From the NCBI GenBank assembly GCA_951406725.2, contig OX597825.1, positions 34,596,001-34,660,000 of the forward strand: a stretch of DNA of 64,000 bases, in the 5' to 3' direction. This stretch comes from Octopus vulgaris (Eukaryota). The notes beneath the pieces were generated by a model, which worked only from the letters and a program-made list of their open reading frames with translations, was not told where the DNA came from and did no database searches. Of the stretch, positions 51,520 to 64,000 are shown in pieces (position 1 is the first letter of the stretch; each line of letters begins with the position of its first letter). The translations under genes were made by a program, and so were the position numbers.

Positions 51520-52460
51520 TACCATCATCATCAGTTGATGTCTACTTTTCCATGCTTGCATGGATTAGACGGAATTTATTGAGACAGATTTTCTACAGCT
51601 GGATGCCTTTCCTGTTGCCAACACACAACTATTTCCAAACAGGGCAATATTTTCCATGGACAGACATGTTTTCCACAGAAGACTGGATGGTGATGCTTAT
51701 TTATAACCATCACATGAGGTATAGACAAGGGTACACACATAGATAGATGCACCTGCATGTGCACACACACACACACACACACACATGCATATATCATTGT
51801 CATCATTTAACAGCCACTTTCCCATGGTTACATGGATTGAATGTTTATTTAAAGCAGATTTTGTACAGTTTGACGCCTTTTCTTTTGCCAACCCTCATTT
51901 ATTTCCAAGCAAGGTTAATATTTCCCCATGGTCGGATATGTTCACGCAGAATATTGGAAATGAATGCTCCTGTTTGTTTGTCAGTGACATTTATAACAAC
52001 AATCACATGACATCAAGACAAGGAGACAGAAACACATACATATATATATATATATATATCTATATATATATATATATATATATACATACATACATACATG
52101 CACACACACACATGCACGCATGTGCAGCACATGGCAAGCTTTCTTCAATTTCCATCTGTCAAATCTACCCACAAGGCTAAAAGAAGCCCATCGTGTGTGC
52201 ATGCATGCATGCATGTGTGCATGCTACCATCTACTTGTCTTCTTGTGATAGTTGTAAATGAATGTCACTGTCATACAAGCAATGTCCTTCATTTCCAGTC
52301 TTCCATGAAAGCATATCTGGCCGTAGGGAATATGGCATTACTTGGAAATTGGTGAGTTTGATGACAGGGAGAGCATCAGGCCATAGAAAATCCACCTCAA
52401 CAAATTCTGTCCGACCCATGCAAGTATAGAATAGTAGACATTAAATGATGAGGATGACAT
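51520..52460. mobile_element. Three RTE-tail SINE copies: two minus (51520-51730, 51795-52030) and one plus (52230-52460)
   Basis: 52290-52450 is reverse-complementary to 51523-51690. Confidence 0.8.
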
Positions 52461-52559
52461 GAATTATTCTATTTTGGATAAATTCCTTTAAAAGGTTGTG
52501 ACAGTCTTCTGGGTCTGGGAACATGGTTTCTTCAGAATTGTTATATCCAGGCAATTCAA

Positions 52560-52700
52560 AAGAAGATTCAAGTTGACTATAGTGAAAATGATTGAATTTT
52601 ATAATATACTAGTTAGACCTTTTTTGGAAATTTTGTATTTATCATCTTCACTTATAAAATCATTGGCAAGAAAATTAGCAGTGAAAATCATACAAAACAA
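52560..52700 (+). mobile_element. CR1/L2-type LINE post-RT fragment
   Basis: FYNILVRPFLE resembles LYKSLVRPILEY. Confidence 0.5.
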
Positions 52701-54499
52701 GAAATGATGCTACTATTGCTGCCATACCTAGCAACAACAAACAAACAACCAAACATGATAGAATATGGTTTGAGAAAAAATTTGTTTGCTATTTCTAGCA
52801 AGTCAAATGATGGTGTGGAGGCTCCTTTGTTTGGGTCATGGAGATTCTGAATGAAGTCTCTGGCCACATTTAGTTATTTCACTTAGCTCGTTTTTGTTGA
52901 AATTATGTGAATTTCTTAGACCATAAATGTATCCTACTCTTTTTGTATAAGTCCCTTGGCTACTTGCAATAAAGTATAAAACTTTTTGTGCTGATGTAAT
53001 CTATTGAAGCAGAAACCCATGTCCACAACTGCCCTCTTATCTCCTGGCAGTAAGTCTGTCTTTTGTTTAATGACTTATTAACTTAGAAAATTCTTAATTC
53101 TTGAAATTATTTTCCCTTGTCATATTAAGGTGTCTCATTCTCATTGCATAATTGTGATATGTCATCCAGTGGCAGAAATAATTTTAATAAATCAGAAATT
53201 AATGTTGTATGCTATTTGATATACCTATATTTGTCTAGAGTATGGTGGCCAATCTCTGGAACTTGTGTAAGGTGGGTGGGAATGGTGTAGTGGATGAATT
53301 GGTATTTCTTGAGGAGGAATTAATTGCCAGTTAGTTGGATCTATGTTAGTAATCAAATATATTGTTTTCTTAATACCTACATAAAAATCTCTGTTGTTAA
53401 ACAAGATATGTTGCTTACTTAATTTGTACTAAGAAATCTGTGTTGGTAATCAGATACAGCGGATACCAGGATTGGCAACACAGTCCAAAGTTCATATCTA
53501 AAATGAAAATAAAAACAACCTCTTCATTAAACTTTGAGATGTTTGAACAAGTCACTGCCCAAAGAATCAATTTATTTAAGTTTGAATGTTCTGCGTAGAA
53601 ATGGAATAAAACTGAGATCAGCACCACAATCAATGATTTTTAAAATGTGAGTTAAATATGTAAAATAACAAATTTGTGAATTTTGTCAACAAAATTACAT
53701 TTATTCTGTCTTTAAGTAGTTTATTCCTAATTAACGAAAACCTGATTTCTGTAAATGCAATAGAAATTATCATGTCTAACAAAATTAAGAATGCATCATG
53801 CTACATAACTTTAAATGTTAACTCTAATATATAATATTATATCTTCATATTCTATACTGTTGAATTAGATATATTCATATTTCTGTATATGTATGTGTGT
53901 GAGTAAATTACAAGTTTAAAAAAATACCCTCTTATTCAGAAAAAAAAGTAAAATAAAACTAAGTCATACAGAGAATTTTCTTTGTTTTTATAATCTGTGG
54001 ATCGAAGGTGGCATATTTGTTTCTTGATTTGACAGCTTCGATTACATACATACACTCTGGGCTTCCTTCAGTTTCTATCTACCAAATCCACTCACAAGGT
54101 TTTGGTCAGCCCAAAGTGCCACACAGTGGGATTGAACATAGAATCATGTGGTTGAGAACCCACACGGCCACGGCGAAATTTCTTTTCTCTAGTTTTGGCA
54201 CAAGGCCAGCAATTTTTAAGTGGAAGTATAAGTTGATGACATCAACTACAGTGCTTAACTGATACCTATTTTATTGATGTTGGAAAGATGAAAAGCAAAT
54301 TCAACCTAAGTGACATTTGGATAAAGACGTAAAAACCTTCATGAAAATGAAAATTTAAAAAAAAAAACTGTATAAGCCTCAAGACTCAAAGTGTAATTTA
54401 ATATAAGGTGCATATTTATTTGATATGTGAAATTAGTTTGCAGTATGTTTCTCTGTATTGATGCACCTGTAAAAATTTTTATGCACAGTTAATTCACTT

Positions 54500-55060
54500 C
54501 TGGTATTAAAAGGAGTTTTTCGCCGTTGACTTTTAAATTTGCGCTTTTAAATGAGCTATGTATACGGTGGGATAACTTATCATTCCATTATCTGAACAAT
54601 TAAGAATTTCTTTTAAATTAGCTGCTTGTAGTCTGAACAATTAGGAAATGTTCCGCGACAGACAATGGATTTGGTCTAAGGGAAGTAACTCATTTTAAAA
54701 CTATTTAGATATTTATCTGTGTATCTCTTATTGGCTCCCTTATAATTAAAGACTCTGGTTTGTATTTTCATAGTATATTTACGACTATACTATCAAATGT
54801 GCTCTTCCTTTTTAAAGTCGCTCGGGGTTGATTAGAGAAAGAAATTTAGCTATTATTTCTTGCAGGTCAAACAACTATGTGAAGGATCCTCATTGGCTTG
54901 TATAAGTTTGTGGTTGATGGAATGGATATCATTATGTTTAAATGCTTTCATTTCCCCCTTTTTTTGTGAGTGAGGAGTGTTCGCTGTGTTCCACGTAAGT
55001 CGGTAGTGTTTGCGTTTGACTTTTTAGTAGTCCGCGTGAAGTCTGTTTACAGAATCTATA
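54500..55060. promoter_or_regulatory. Candidate CpG-retaining promoter island between two CpG-depleted blocks
   Basis: Abrupt return of CpGs (cgccg, ccgcga, gtcgctcgg, ttcgctg, ccacgtaagtcgg, ccgcgtg); possible + donor CAC|GTAAGT after 54994. Confidence 0.4.
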
Positions 55061-55082
55061 AAATAATGTATAATCTATATAT

Positions 55083-55392
55083 TCTTTTATTCTTTTACTT
55101 GTTTCAGTCATTTGACTGCGACTATGATGGAACACCGCTTTAAAGGTTTTTTTTTTTAGTCGAAGAAATCGACCACAGGACTTATTTTATCGGTCACTTT
55201 TGCCGAATCGCTAAGTTATGGAGACGTAGCACACCAACATCGGTTGTCAAGTGGTGATGAGTGGGGGGGGGGGGGGGCAAACACAGATACAAAGACACAC
55301 ACATATATATACACATATACGACGGGCTTCTTTCTGTTTCTGTCAACCAAATCCGTTCACAAGGTGCTACACAATGGGACTGAACCCGGAAA
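55083..55392 (-). mobile_element. OK-like SINE, CpGs intact
   Basis: Reverse OK-like tail and body. Confidence 0.88.
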
Positions 55393-55419
55393 CAGAAAAC
55401 AAATCGGATGATAAAATTC

Positions 55420-56045
55420 ATACAAGTTTGTATGCATGTTCAGCGAAATACAGCGACCACTTTCATAACTTCTCCAAACGCATCTCAATCATTCGAAAAA
55501 TAGGTCCTATGTAAATATCAGTTGTCACCTCTGTTCAGGGCACACAAACTTATCGAAGTCGATTAGTTTTGTAGAATGGAGATAGGAGACATAGACTTTG
55601 CAAGTCGCAGCAAAAACAGAAGGGATCTTTTAAAACTGTCGCAGAAAATCTCTGTGAGATTTGGGAGAAAGTTTTGAAACAGTTGGCAGGTCGTTGTATA
55701 AGGGAGGCAACTCCAACTTGGCTTATTGGTCCTATTGTAAAACATGAGTTATCTCCCAATGCAAATCGTTTCTTGATAAGGAAAATTAGAAAAAAATCAT
55801 CAGTTGACAGTGAGAATAGGTTTTTAGTCAGATTGTAAGATTGCAATTATTTGTACAGTATGCTGTTTAAATATGAATACTTTCATTCTTATTTGGCTGT
55901 GAATGACAGAACCAGCAATTTGGATTAATTTGAGATTTGAACCTTGGACACCTGGAATGTCATTGATGGCTTTGCCTTCAAAGCTTTGCAGGCCTCCCAG
56001 AAGGATCAATCTAAAATCAATATAATTAACTATAGACCTCCTCTA
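55420..56045 (-). mobile_element. Possible decayed L1/Tx1-like ORF2 C-terminal region
   Basis: Weak ordered resemblance (GGL, SFW, SQIRMKVFIFK, SPFYKTNRLR); no clean ORF. Confidence 0.25.
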
Positions 56046-57111
56046 AAATTTGTCTTCTTGTACCAATTTTACTCAGAGTTGATAACTGTTAAAATTCGTA
56101 GCTTGAATACCTTGGAACTTGTTTCTTTTAAAGTTTGAACTGAATAATAAAATTTTAAACAATTCAGTACATGTTAAACATTATTTACATGTCATTTTAG
56201 TTTATTTAAAGTTATGAATTTCTTTGTGGAACTCAGACAAACTGTTACATTCTGTTTTTGATATAAATATGATTTGCTCCCTCAACATGTTATCTTTTTG
56301 ATTCCAAATCAGCCATCAAATCTTAGGTATTCCAGCTTTGGCCATCCAGTTGTTTTTTTCAAGCATCACATATCTAGGACTCCATCATCAAATGTGTCCC
56401 TCCTTTCTCAAGGCACTAGAGTGTAATTTGAGAGTGACTTGGCTGTTATGTCTAACAGGTTGAATAACCCCACTATGACAATCACAATGACCACCACCAC
56501 ATATTTGTAGGAGCCTTTGTCTCTCGTTTGGCCTCTTGTTTTAAAAATATATAATCAATATTCTAAGAAGGTTTTTGGGGGACATATCTTGGAGATAACT
56601 ATTTTAAATATATTTTCTTTATTTAAGCAGCTGAGTTACAAAGCGACTCTATACAGCCTTAATACTTAGCTTTTATACTTTAATATGATATATATTTAGT
56701 CCCACCCTTGCTTGCATGGAAGGTGGATGTTAAACGATGATGATGATGATCCTAACTTCTTAGTTTCTTTCTTGTATATTTAAACTCTTATATGTAGCTT
56801 TAAATTTTACTTCTTCCTTTATATATTGTATATCATACATAACTTTAATTCTTAGTTTCCATGTTGTTTGCTTAAACATGTATACAACATCAATTCTTAT
56901 TTCCTGCTGTGAGCATTTAAGGCATTTAGGTCTGAAAATGTAATTGTCAATTTTTTTCTCTTGGGTTTGTAACAAAATAATCTTGACATTTTGTTTTGAA
57001 TTATCTGCCGTGTTTTTCCTTCACTCTCTCAGGAAATCATTCTGTTTTGCAGAGATTTATAAGTATTGATAGTGTGTCTATGTGTGCATCTTCAAATAAT
57101 TCATGGGATTC

Positions 57112-57908
57112 CTTAGAACCCCTAAAAGTCAAACTATGACATGTCTATTCATTCTCAATATGTTCTTGTAGAGTCAATCATGAATATCTGACCACTGTTG
57201 TTTTTCCTTACCAGGGAACATTTCCTCTTTTTAAACATGTGCTCATAATGCATGTAATTCATTGATGTAAGGGCACTTTGGAACAATGTTGTATTTTAGC
57301 CTTACTGTGTGTCTCCTTGGTCAAAGATACCCCTTGTTTATAGAAATCAGCACACAAAATTATTTGCTGATGCATGCTAAACCGATATTAATTCATGAAG
57401 TGCATGCAAAACAGTGAGCATCTAGTTGAAATGCCCTGGTGTCAGTCACAAAGTGCCCTTACATCAATGAATTGCATGTGTTATGAATACACATCTAACA
57501 GGAGGAGATGGTCTCCAATGATGAAAAAACAATGATAACAGCAATCAGATATTCCTGGCTGAATCTGCCAGAGTGTATTAAAAATGAATAGGTTATTGTT
57601 TGGGTTCTTGATGTTCTGGGTGCACCTTACAAATTATTATCTGTTTGGCAGACATCAGCACATATCAACAAATAATTTGTTTCTTGATTTCTAGAAACAA
57701 GAATGTGTATTCTTGTTAATTTAAATGATCTAGTAGGGTAGTTTTGACTGAGGAGACAAAATTAAAACATTAATGTCTCTAAGTCCCCTCACATCAATGA
57801 ATCATGTGTTATGAACACACATCATCTAAAGAGAGTTGATCTCTGATGACAAAAAAAAATCTGTGATTCACATTTGAATCTATGAGAATATATTGAAAAT
57901 TAATAGAT
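57112..57908. repeat. Fold-back array of an about 290-bp unit: A (57112-57403, +), B (57449-57618, -), C (57620-57908, -)
   Basis: 25-bp perfect inverted match 57256-57280 / 57449-57473 within longer diverged arms; C is also reverse-complementary to A. Confidence 0.9.
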
Positions 57909-59509
57909 ATTTTGCTGTAATTCATTTTCTGTGTTTCTCTTCTCTTTTCTTCCTATCATTTGATTGAAGCTAACTCTGCATTTGTTTAATCCTATCAGTG
58001 TTCCCAGAGATGGTAGACTAGTACCCTTATTAACACCACAGATATCTAGTAGAGTCTAATCAGTTGCAAGGACTTGATAACTGTTTTCCTTCTGCCTATC
58101 TCAAAGGTCCTAAGCCTTTCAAAATAAGGACACTTCTCCTCTAACACATAAAAATAAATATAACCTTGAACTTATTTTTGAAATCATGTTATTTCTGGGT
58201 TTTTTTTTTTTTTTTAATCCTATTCCTAATTAACTAATTTATTTTCTATTAGCACTAACCAAAACAGCTATTTAAGGAAATAATTAAAATAGTTAATTCA
58301 GCCCTTGATTGGTTGGCATAAAGAATTGTTATTTATAAAAATATATGATAGATACACACATGGTAGGTAGGTAGGTAGGCAGGAAAGCAGGCAGGTGGAT
58401 GTGTGGGTGTATAGGTAGCTGAGAGAGAATTTAAGTTTATCCCCTGCAGAATTTTATGAGTTCAACAAGAATTATCTAAAACTGACTAACGGTTCTGTTA
58501 CCTTTTCATTATGGCACCATTCACCATTGATCGAGTATAGACTTAAACGAGTCAGTCATCCTGTTGGTTTCTATGCAATACCCAGTTACCCTATATCAGC
58601 AAGACAGAGAAGTGTCTTCGTTCTGATTAGAAATTTCAGCCTAATCTCCATCACACCGCATCCTAACATCTTACATAAAGAAGATACTTTGGATTATGTA
58701 GTTCTATATACCCTTAATTTGGAAATCTCACTGCTGGATGCATTTGGTCAGGGTTTTCCTGGAGAGCTAAACAACAACAATATTATCGCCAACAAGAATT
58801 CTTTACAAGTCATTCACGAAGTGTCTACGTGGTCACTCAATCTGCTAGAAATAGCAACTAAATCTCCATTAAATCATGCCGGCTCGATGAGGCATGATAT
58901 TAAATACTTAATTCTCTTTGTAAGTAGAAACAATTACTTATCGAAGACAAGCATTCGCTATTGAATAAAAACAAAAGCACACGAATACTTGCTTGGATTG
59001 CTATTTGGTCGAACAAGTAAACCTACGGACGAAATGTTTTGTTTACTTTCCATCGTATTGCGTGTTCAATTCTCGCTGAGGTCGATTTTGCCGTTTTGTC
59101 CATTAGGGTTCGATAAAGTAAAATACCGGTCTGTACAAAAGAGGTGTGGGGAGGCAGTCTATTAAATCAGTTATACCCACTCCTAGAGACAGAGACAGAT
59201 AGACAGACAGGTGGTATTGCCTTGTTCCTTTGATAAACAATCGTACGATCGCCACTTCTCCATTTTGCCCAATTGTGTTGTCTCCCTTGGAAGGCGTGAC
59301 TATCATTTGTCAATCACAATGTATTGGTGATGTCACTTTTCCTAAATTTGTCTTGCGTAACTTGTGTTTTGGCAGTTACAGTTAGTAATGTTTTATAGGT
59401 TTGATGTGAAAGGTGAGTGCCCAGTGTTTCCTATCCGTTTGTTTGTCTCTTAATGTTTTGAGGGTTTTTTGTTTGTTTTTTCTAGCTGTAAAATTAGAAA
59501 TTATAACAA

Positions 59510-60765
<1,256 letters not shown>

Positions 60766-61299
60766 TCTTCTATTTGTAATAAGGGCCCATTCATACATAC
60801 AATAGATTTGTTACAACGGGAGTACAAATATATAAAGTACAACAAAGTTATATATAAACGAGGAAAGAAAGGGCCTGGTACTTCATACAGTATATGAAGA
60901 CGTGTTAAAGATTTTAAAGTTACACAAAATAATTTCTACAAGTAACTATAAAATTATAGAAATATGATTGTTAAAAAAGATATAATTTAAAGAAACAAGA
61001 AAACAAATAGGAGAATCCGGCCCTACATGCGTAAGAAACTACCAGGGTCTCCCCCAATCCATATCTCTGATCATCTTCCCTGCTAATGAAGGTGTTTATT
61101 TCTAAATGTGCACGTCAGCTGTTCGGGTATCGATTCAATTGTATTGGTAGCAGCCCACACCCTCTTCATTGTTCATATAGCTGTTAGTAAACTGCCGATA
61201 AGAGTTTCGCTATCAGTGTTATTTTATAATTAATAACATTACTATTCTTTTGCTGAGTCTGGAGAAAGAGGCAATGTCTGATTAGCTCTGTAGGCACTC

Positions 61300-61545
61300 T
61301 GACACCGGTAAGTTTGACACTGTTAATGTACCGTTTAAACTAATGCAGGTCAACACTTGCAGGAAAAATATGAGCTGGGAGAAGCTTCCAGAGGGTTGAT
61401 GTTCTGGTGGGAAAGACTGGGCATAATTTAGAATGTTCTTTATATTCTTCCTCCATCGCTACGATCCACCTCCTTACTATTTCGTACTCCTCCAATATGT
61501 CATTCAAGAAGTTCACCAGATCTTTAATGGATCTTCTCACCACTG
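61300..61545 (-). mobile_element. CR1/Jockey-group LINE 3' end
   Basis: VFPTRTSTLWKLLPAHIFPASVDLH*FKRYIN resembles SF.PRTS.LWN.LP.HVFP...DLQ.FK..IN. Confidence 0.65.
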
Positions 61546-63769
61546 TAAACCCCGTGGCTTTCTAGGAGAAGGTGAACGTGGAGTTTTTGATGTTGGTTTT
61601 TGCGTTGTAGAATGATTTCTTTTAATAGTTCTAGGTACAAAACCCAAAACTTTTAAGGAAAGTACTGTCAAATATATCGACCCAGTACCTGGACTGGTAT
61701 CTGTTTTAAGTCGTCCTCGGAATAATAATAGAGAATTGTCTGATTTATTTTATACCTTAGTCAATGTTTTTCATTTCAAGTTACCTTCTTCAATATTGGA
61801 CTTAACTTGGTCTTTAGAAAATAATACATCCAGTGGTGGTCCATACTAAATTCTGCTGTAAGAACAACGTATATCTTTACCAGACGTATTTTATATTTGC
61901 CCCGCTAACTCTACTCCTTTAACATTAACGATCACTTATATGAAGTGGGAGCCGTTTCCATCTCATTTCCGTTGACTGGGGTGTATGTTATGTCGGAGGT
62001 TGTTGTTTAGCTTTAAGTTAGCCTTTGTCGTATCTGCAGTCAGAAGTTACAGTAATTAAGAAGCCCTCTCCAGAATCACGTGGTTACCGGTTCGAACCTA
62101 CTGTGAGGTATTTTGGGCAAGTACGAGTGGAATTTGTAGAGGGGAACTAAGCAAATGCCCTCATCCTACCTAGCTTGATGGTTCGATACTGAAAAAAGGG
62201 TGGAGGCTGTATTCCTGCTAGTTACCATCCGTATTTTATTCACGCATACTCTTTGTAAGAATATTGATCAGGGGTTTGTTTTTTATTTTATATTGTTTAA
62301 GTTTTTTTTTGTTTCCCTTTTTATGATGTTTAGTATGAGCTTTTAGAGAAATTTGGCTACTTTTACTGGCTGATCAAGTGACCATATAGAGGTGCTCAGT
62401 TGGTTCGTAGGGTCAAGGTAAAAGCCAGTATAACCTTTGAACTTCGACAGTTCAGTCAATAAGTTTAAATTTACTTGTTGACAGACCTTAAGTATGGACA
62501 CGTAAAAAAAAAATAAAAGTTTTTTTTATTTCGTGAAATTTACAGCCCCCCAAAATAATACTTTGATATTCAATACATGCCTATTTTAATATTTTCGTTT
62601 GAAAATTAAGGATCTATCCAACATATTTACCGCTGCTTTCACCTAGCTTATCATGAATATAGAGTAACTTTCCCTCGATAAAATACGTGCTACTACTATT
62701 GTATAGCTCTTATACAAGTAATTCCGATTAATCTGTCACAGGGGATTGTTATGCTCCTTCAATTTTTAGTACCCCAATGTTCACAGAAATCTTATGCTTT
62801 GTAAAAGTTATCCCGTGATAAAACTATACACACTGAATGTATAATATAAGAATGCCCATTAATTTTTTTTTATTTTTGCATGTTGATTGCAAAAAGGTCG
62901 TGCGCGCACGCACACAGCTTAGAGGGAACGGTTATTTTAAGTATCCATAGCAACATAAATTGTATTATTTTTGCACCCCCTTCACTTCACCACATGCTCA
63001 ATGCATGGTTCTAGAAATACCATTTCGTTCCTGTAACAGTGATTGATATTATTGATTATGAACTTGAAATTCGTAGGAATGATTTCGAAGAACAGAACGA
63101 AAGTATTTAATGATGAACATCTTACAGAACGGGTGCATTCAGTGGAAAAAAAAAAGAAAAGAAAAGCACTTCACTTTCGATGTATCTATTCTATTCTCTT
63201 CTTCTCTTCTTCTTCTCTCTCCCTCCACACACACACCTTTCATTTTGGTAAATAGAAATCGGTTTTTCCTTGGATATTTCTCTTCAAAGAAATTCACCTT
63301 TACCATCTTTTGCCCTCAAACGTTACAACTCAGTATCTATTATCGACACACGGACATACCTTATTTTAAGAAATTCCTTTGATTATTTCTACCATAGTAG
63401 TCAACCATTTCATTCATATTTTATTTGTTGATAACTCGATTACTTTGGTACTTCACTGCGTTTGTTTTGTCTTGTGTGCGTGCATGCGTGTTGAAAATGT
63501 AATATATGCTAGTAAGACCAACTTAACATGTGTTTGTTACATTTTTTACTGTAAAATGATTTATTTTCAAATTTGAAACCATTATCATATCAAATCTGAA
63601 ATTTGCAAAATTTGAAATTTGAAACCTTTATTTCTAGTTTTCATTTAAAGTTATTACACTCTTCTGCTAGACTTTTTTGCTTTCTTTCTCTAAATAAGAG
63701 GCAAATATAATTTCATTGAGAATTTCATTTTGTGTCCATCTTGTAGTACATTTCCACCTACCTCCATCT

Positions 63770-64000
63770 AATCATCGTCTTCATCCTCTTCCTCCATGCA
63801 GAGTATAGAGGCCAGTAAGATATCTCCATTAGTCTCAGTATTTGGCAGTGGGTTGCAGTTGTGGCAAAGTGTCATTGCTTACCAGAACTTCAGTTCAGGG
63901 ATCTTCACCATGTCGTTTTTGGTCTGCTACTCTTGCTTCTCTTTTTTAGATTGTCCATCAGACGGCTTACCATTTCGTCTCTCAATCTAGGTTTTGGTAG
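63770..64000 (-). mobile_element. RTE LINE 3' end
   Basis: KKRSKSSRPKTTW*RSL resembles GKRKRGRPKTTWRRT; ends in a GAT-rich tail. Confidence 0.6.

Noticed and set aside
55575-55840. About 88-codon open frame on + (NGDRRHRLCKSQ...) as a host exon
   Set aside because: No recognisable homology and weak splice context; the opposite strand looks like decayed LINE sequence
55952-56000. miR-1-like seed TGGAATGT in a weak hairpin
   Set aside because: Pairing of the putative mature arm is poor and the rest does not match miR-1
58527-58964. 145-aa plus-strand ORF
   Set aside because: Mostly read-through of two (CAA)-tail SINE fragments

Overview
AT-rich, repeat-saturated animal genomic DNA. The SINE families (OK/OR-like tRNA-derived SINEs, RTE-tail SINEs) and the dense (TA)n/(CA)n/(TAA)n microsatellites point to an octopus genome; this is recognition from memory, not a database match. 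I found no intact host protein-coding gene. Nearly all listed ORFs are microsatellite or SINE read-through, and the recognisable peptides are decayed transposon pieces (mariner, RTE, CR1/Jockey-like, L1/Tx1-like, CRE). Several MITEs are well delimited (Tc2-like, MULE-like, hAT-like, piggyBac-like), along with Helitron-like elements and Penelope-like termini carrying degenerate hammerhead motifs. The main large-scale structure is a CpG mosaic: CpGs are retained at about 1-15 kb, 54.5-55.6 kb and 58.5-64 kb, and strongly decayed at about 15.3-54.4 kb and 55.8-58.4 kb. This suggests two methylated transcription units with promoter-like edges but no recognisable coding exons. The smaller unit contains a three-arm fold-back repeat (57.1-57.9 kb), a candidate hairpin-RNA or A-to-I editing substrate. 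Repeat boundaries without TSDs are approximate, and many further degraded SINE copies are not listed individually.
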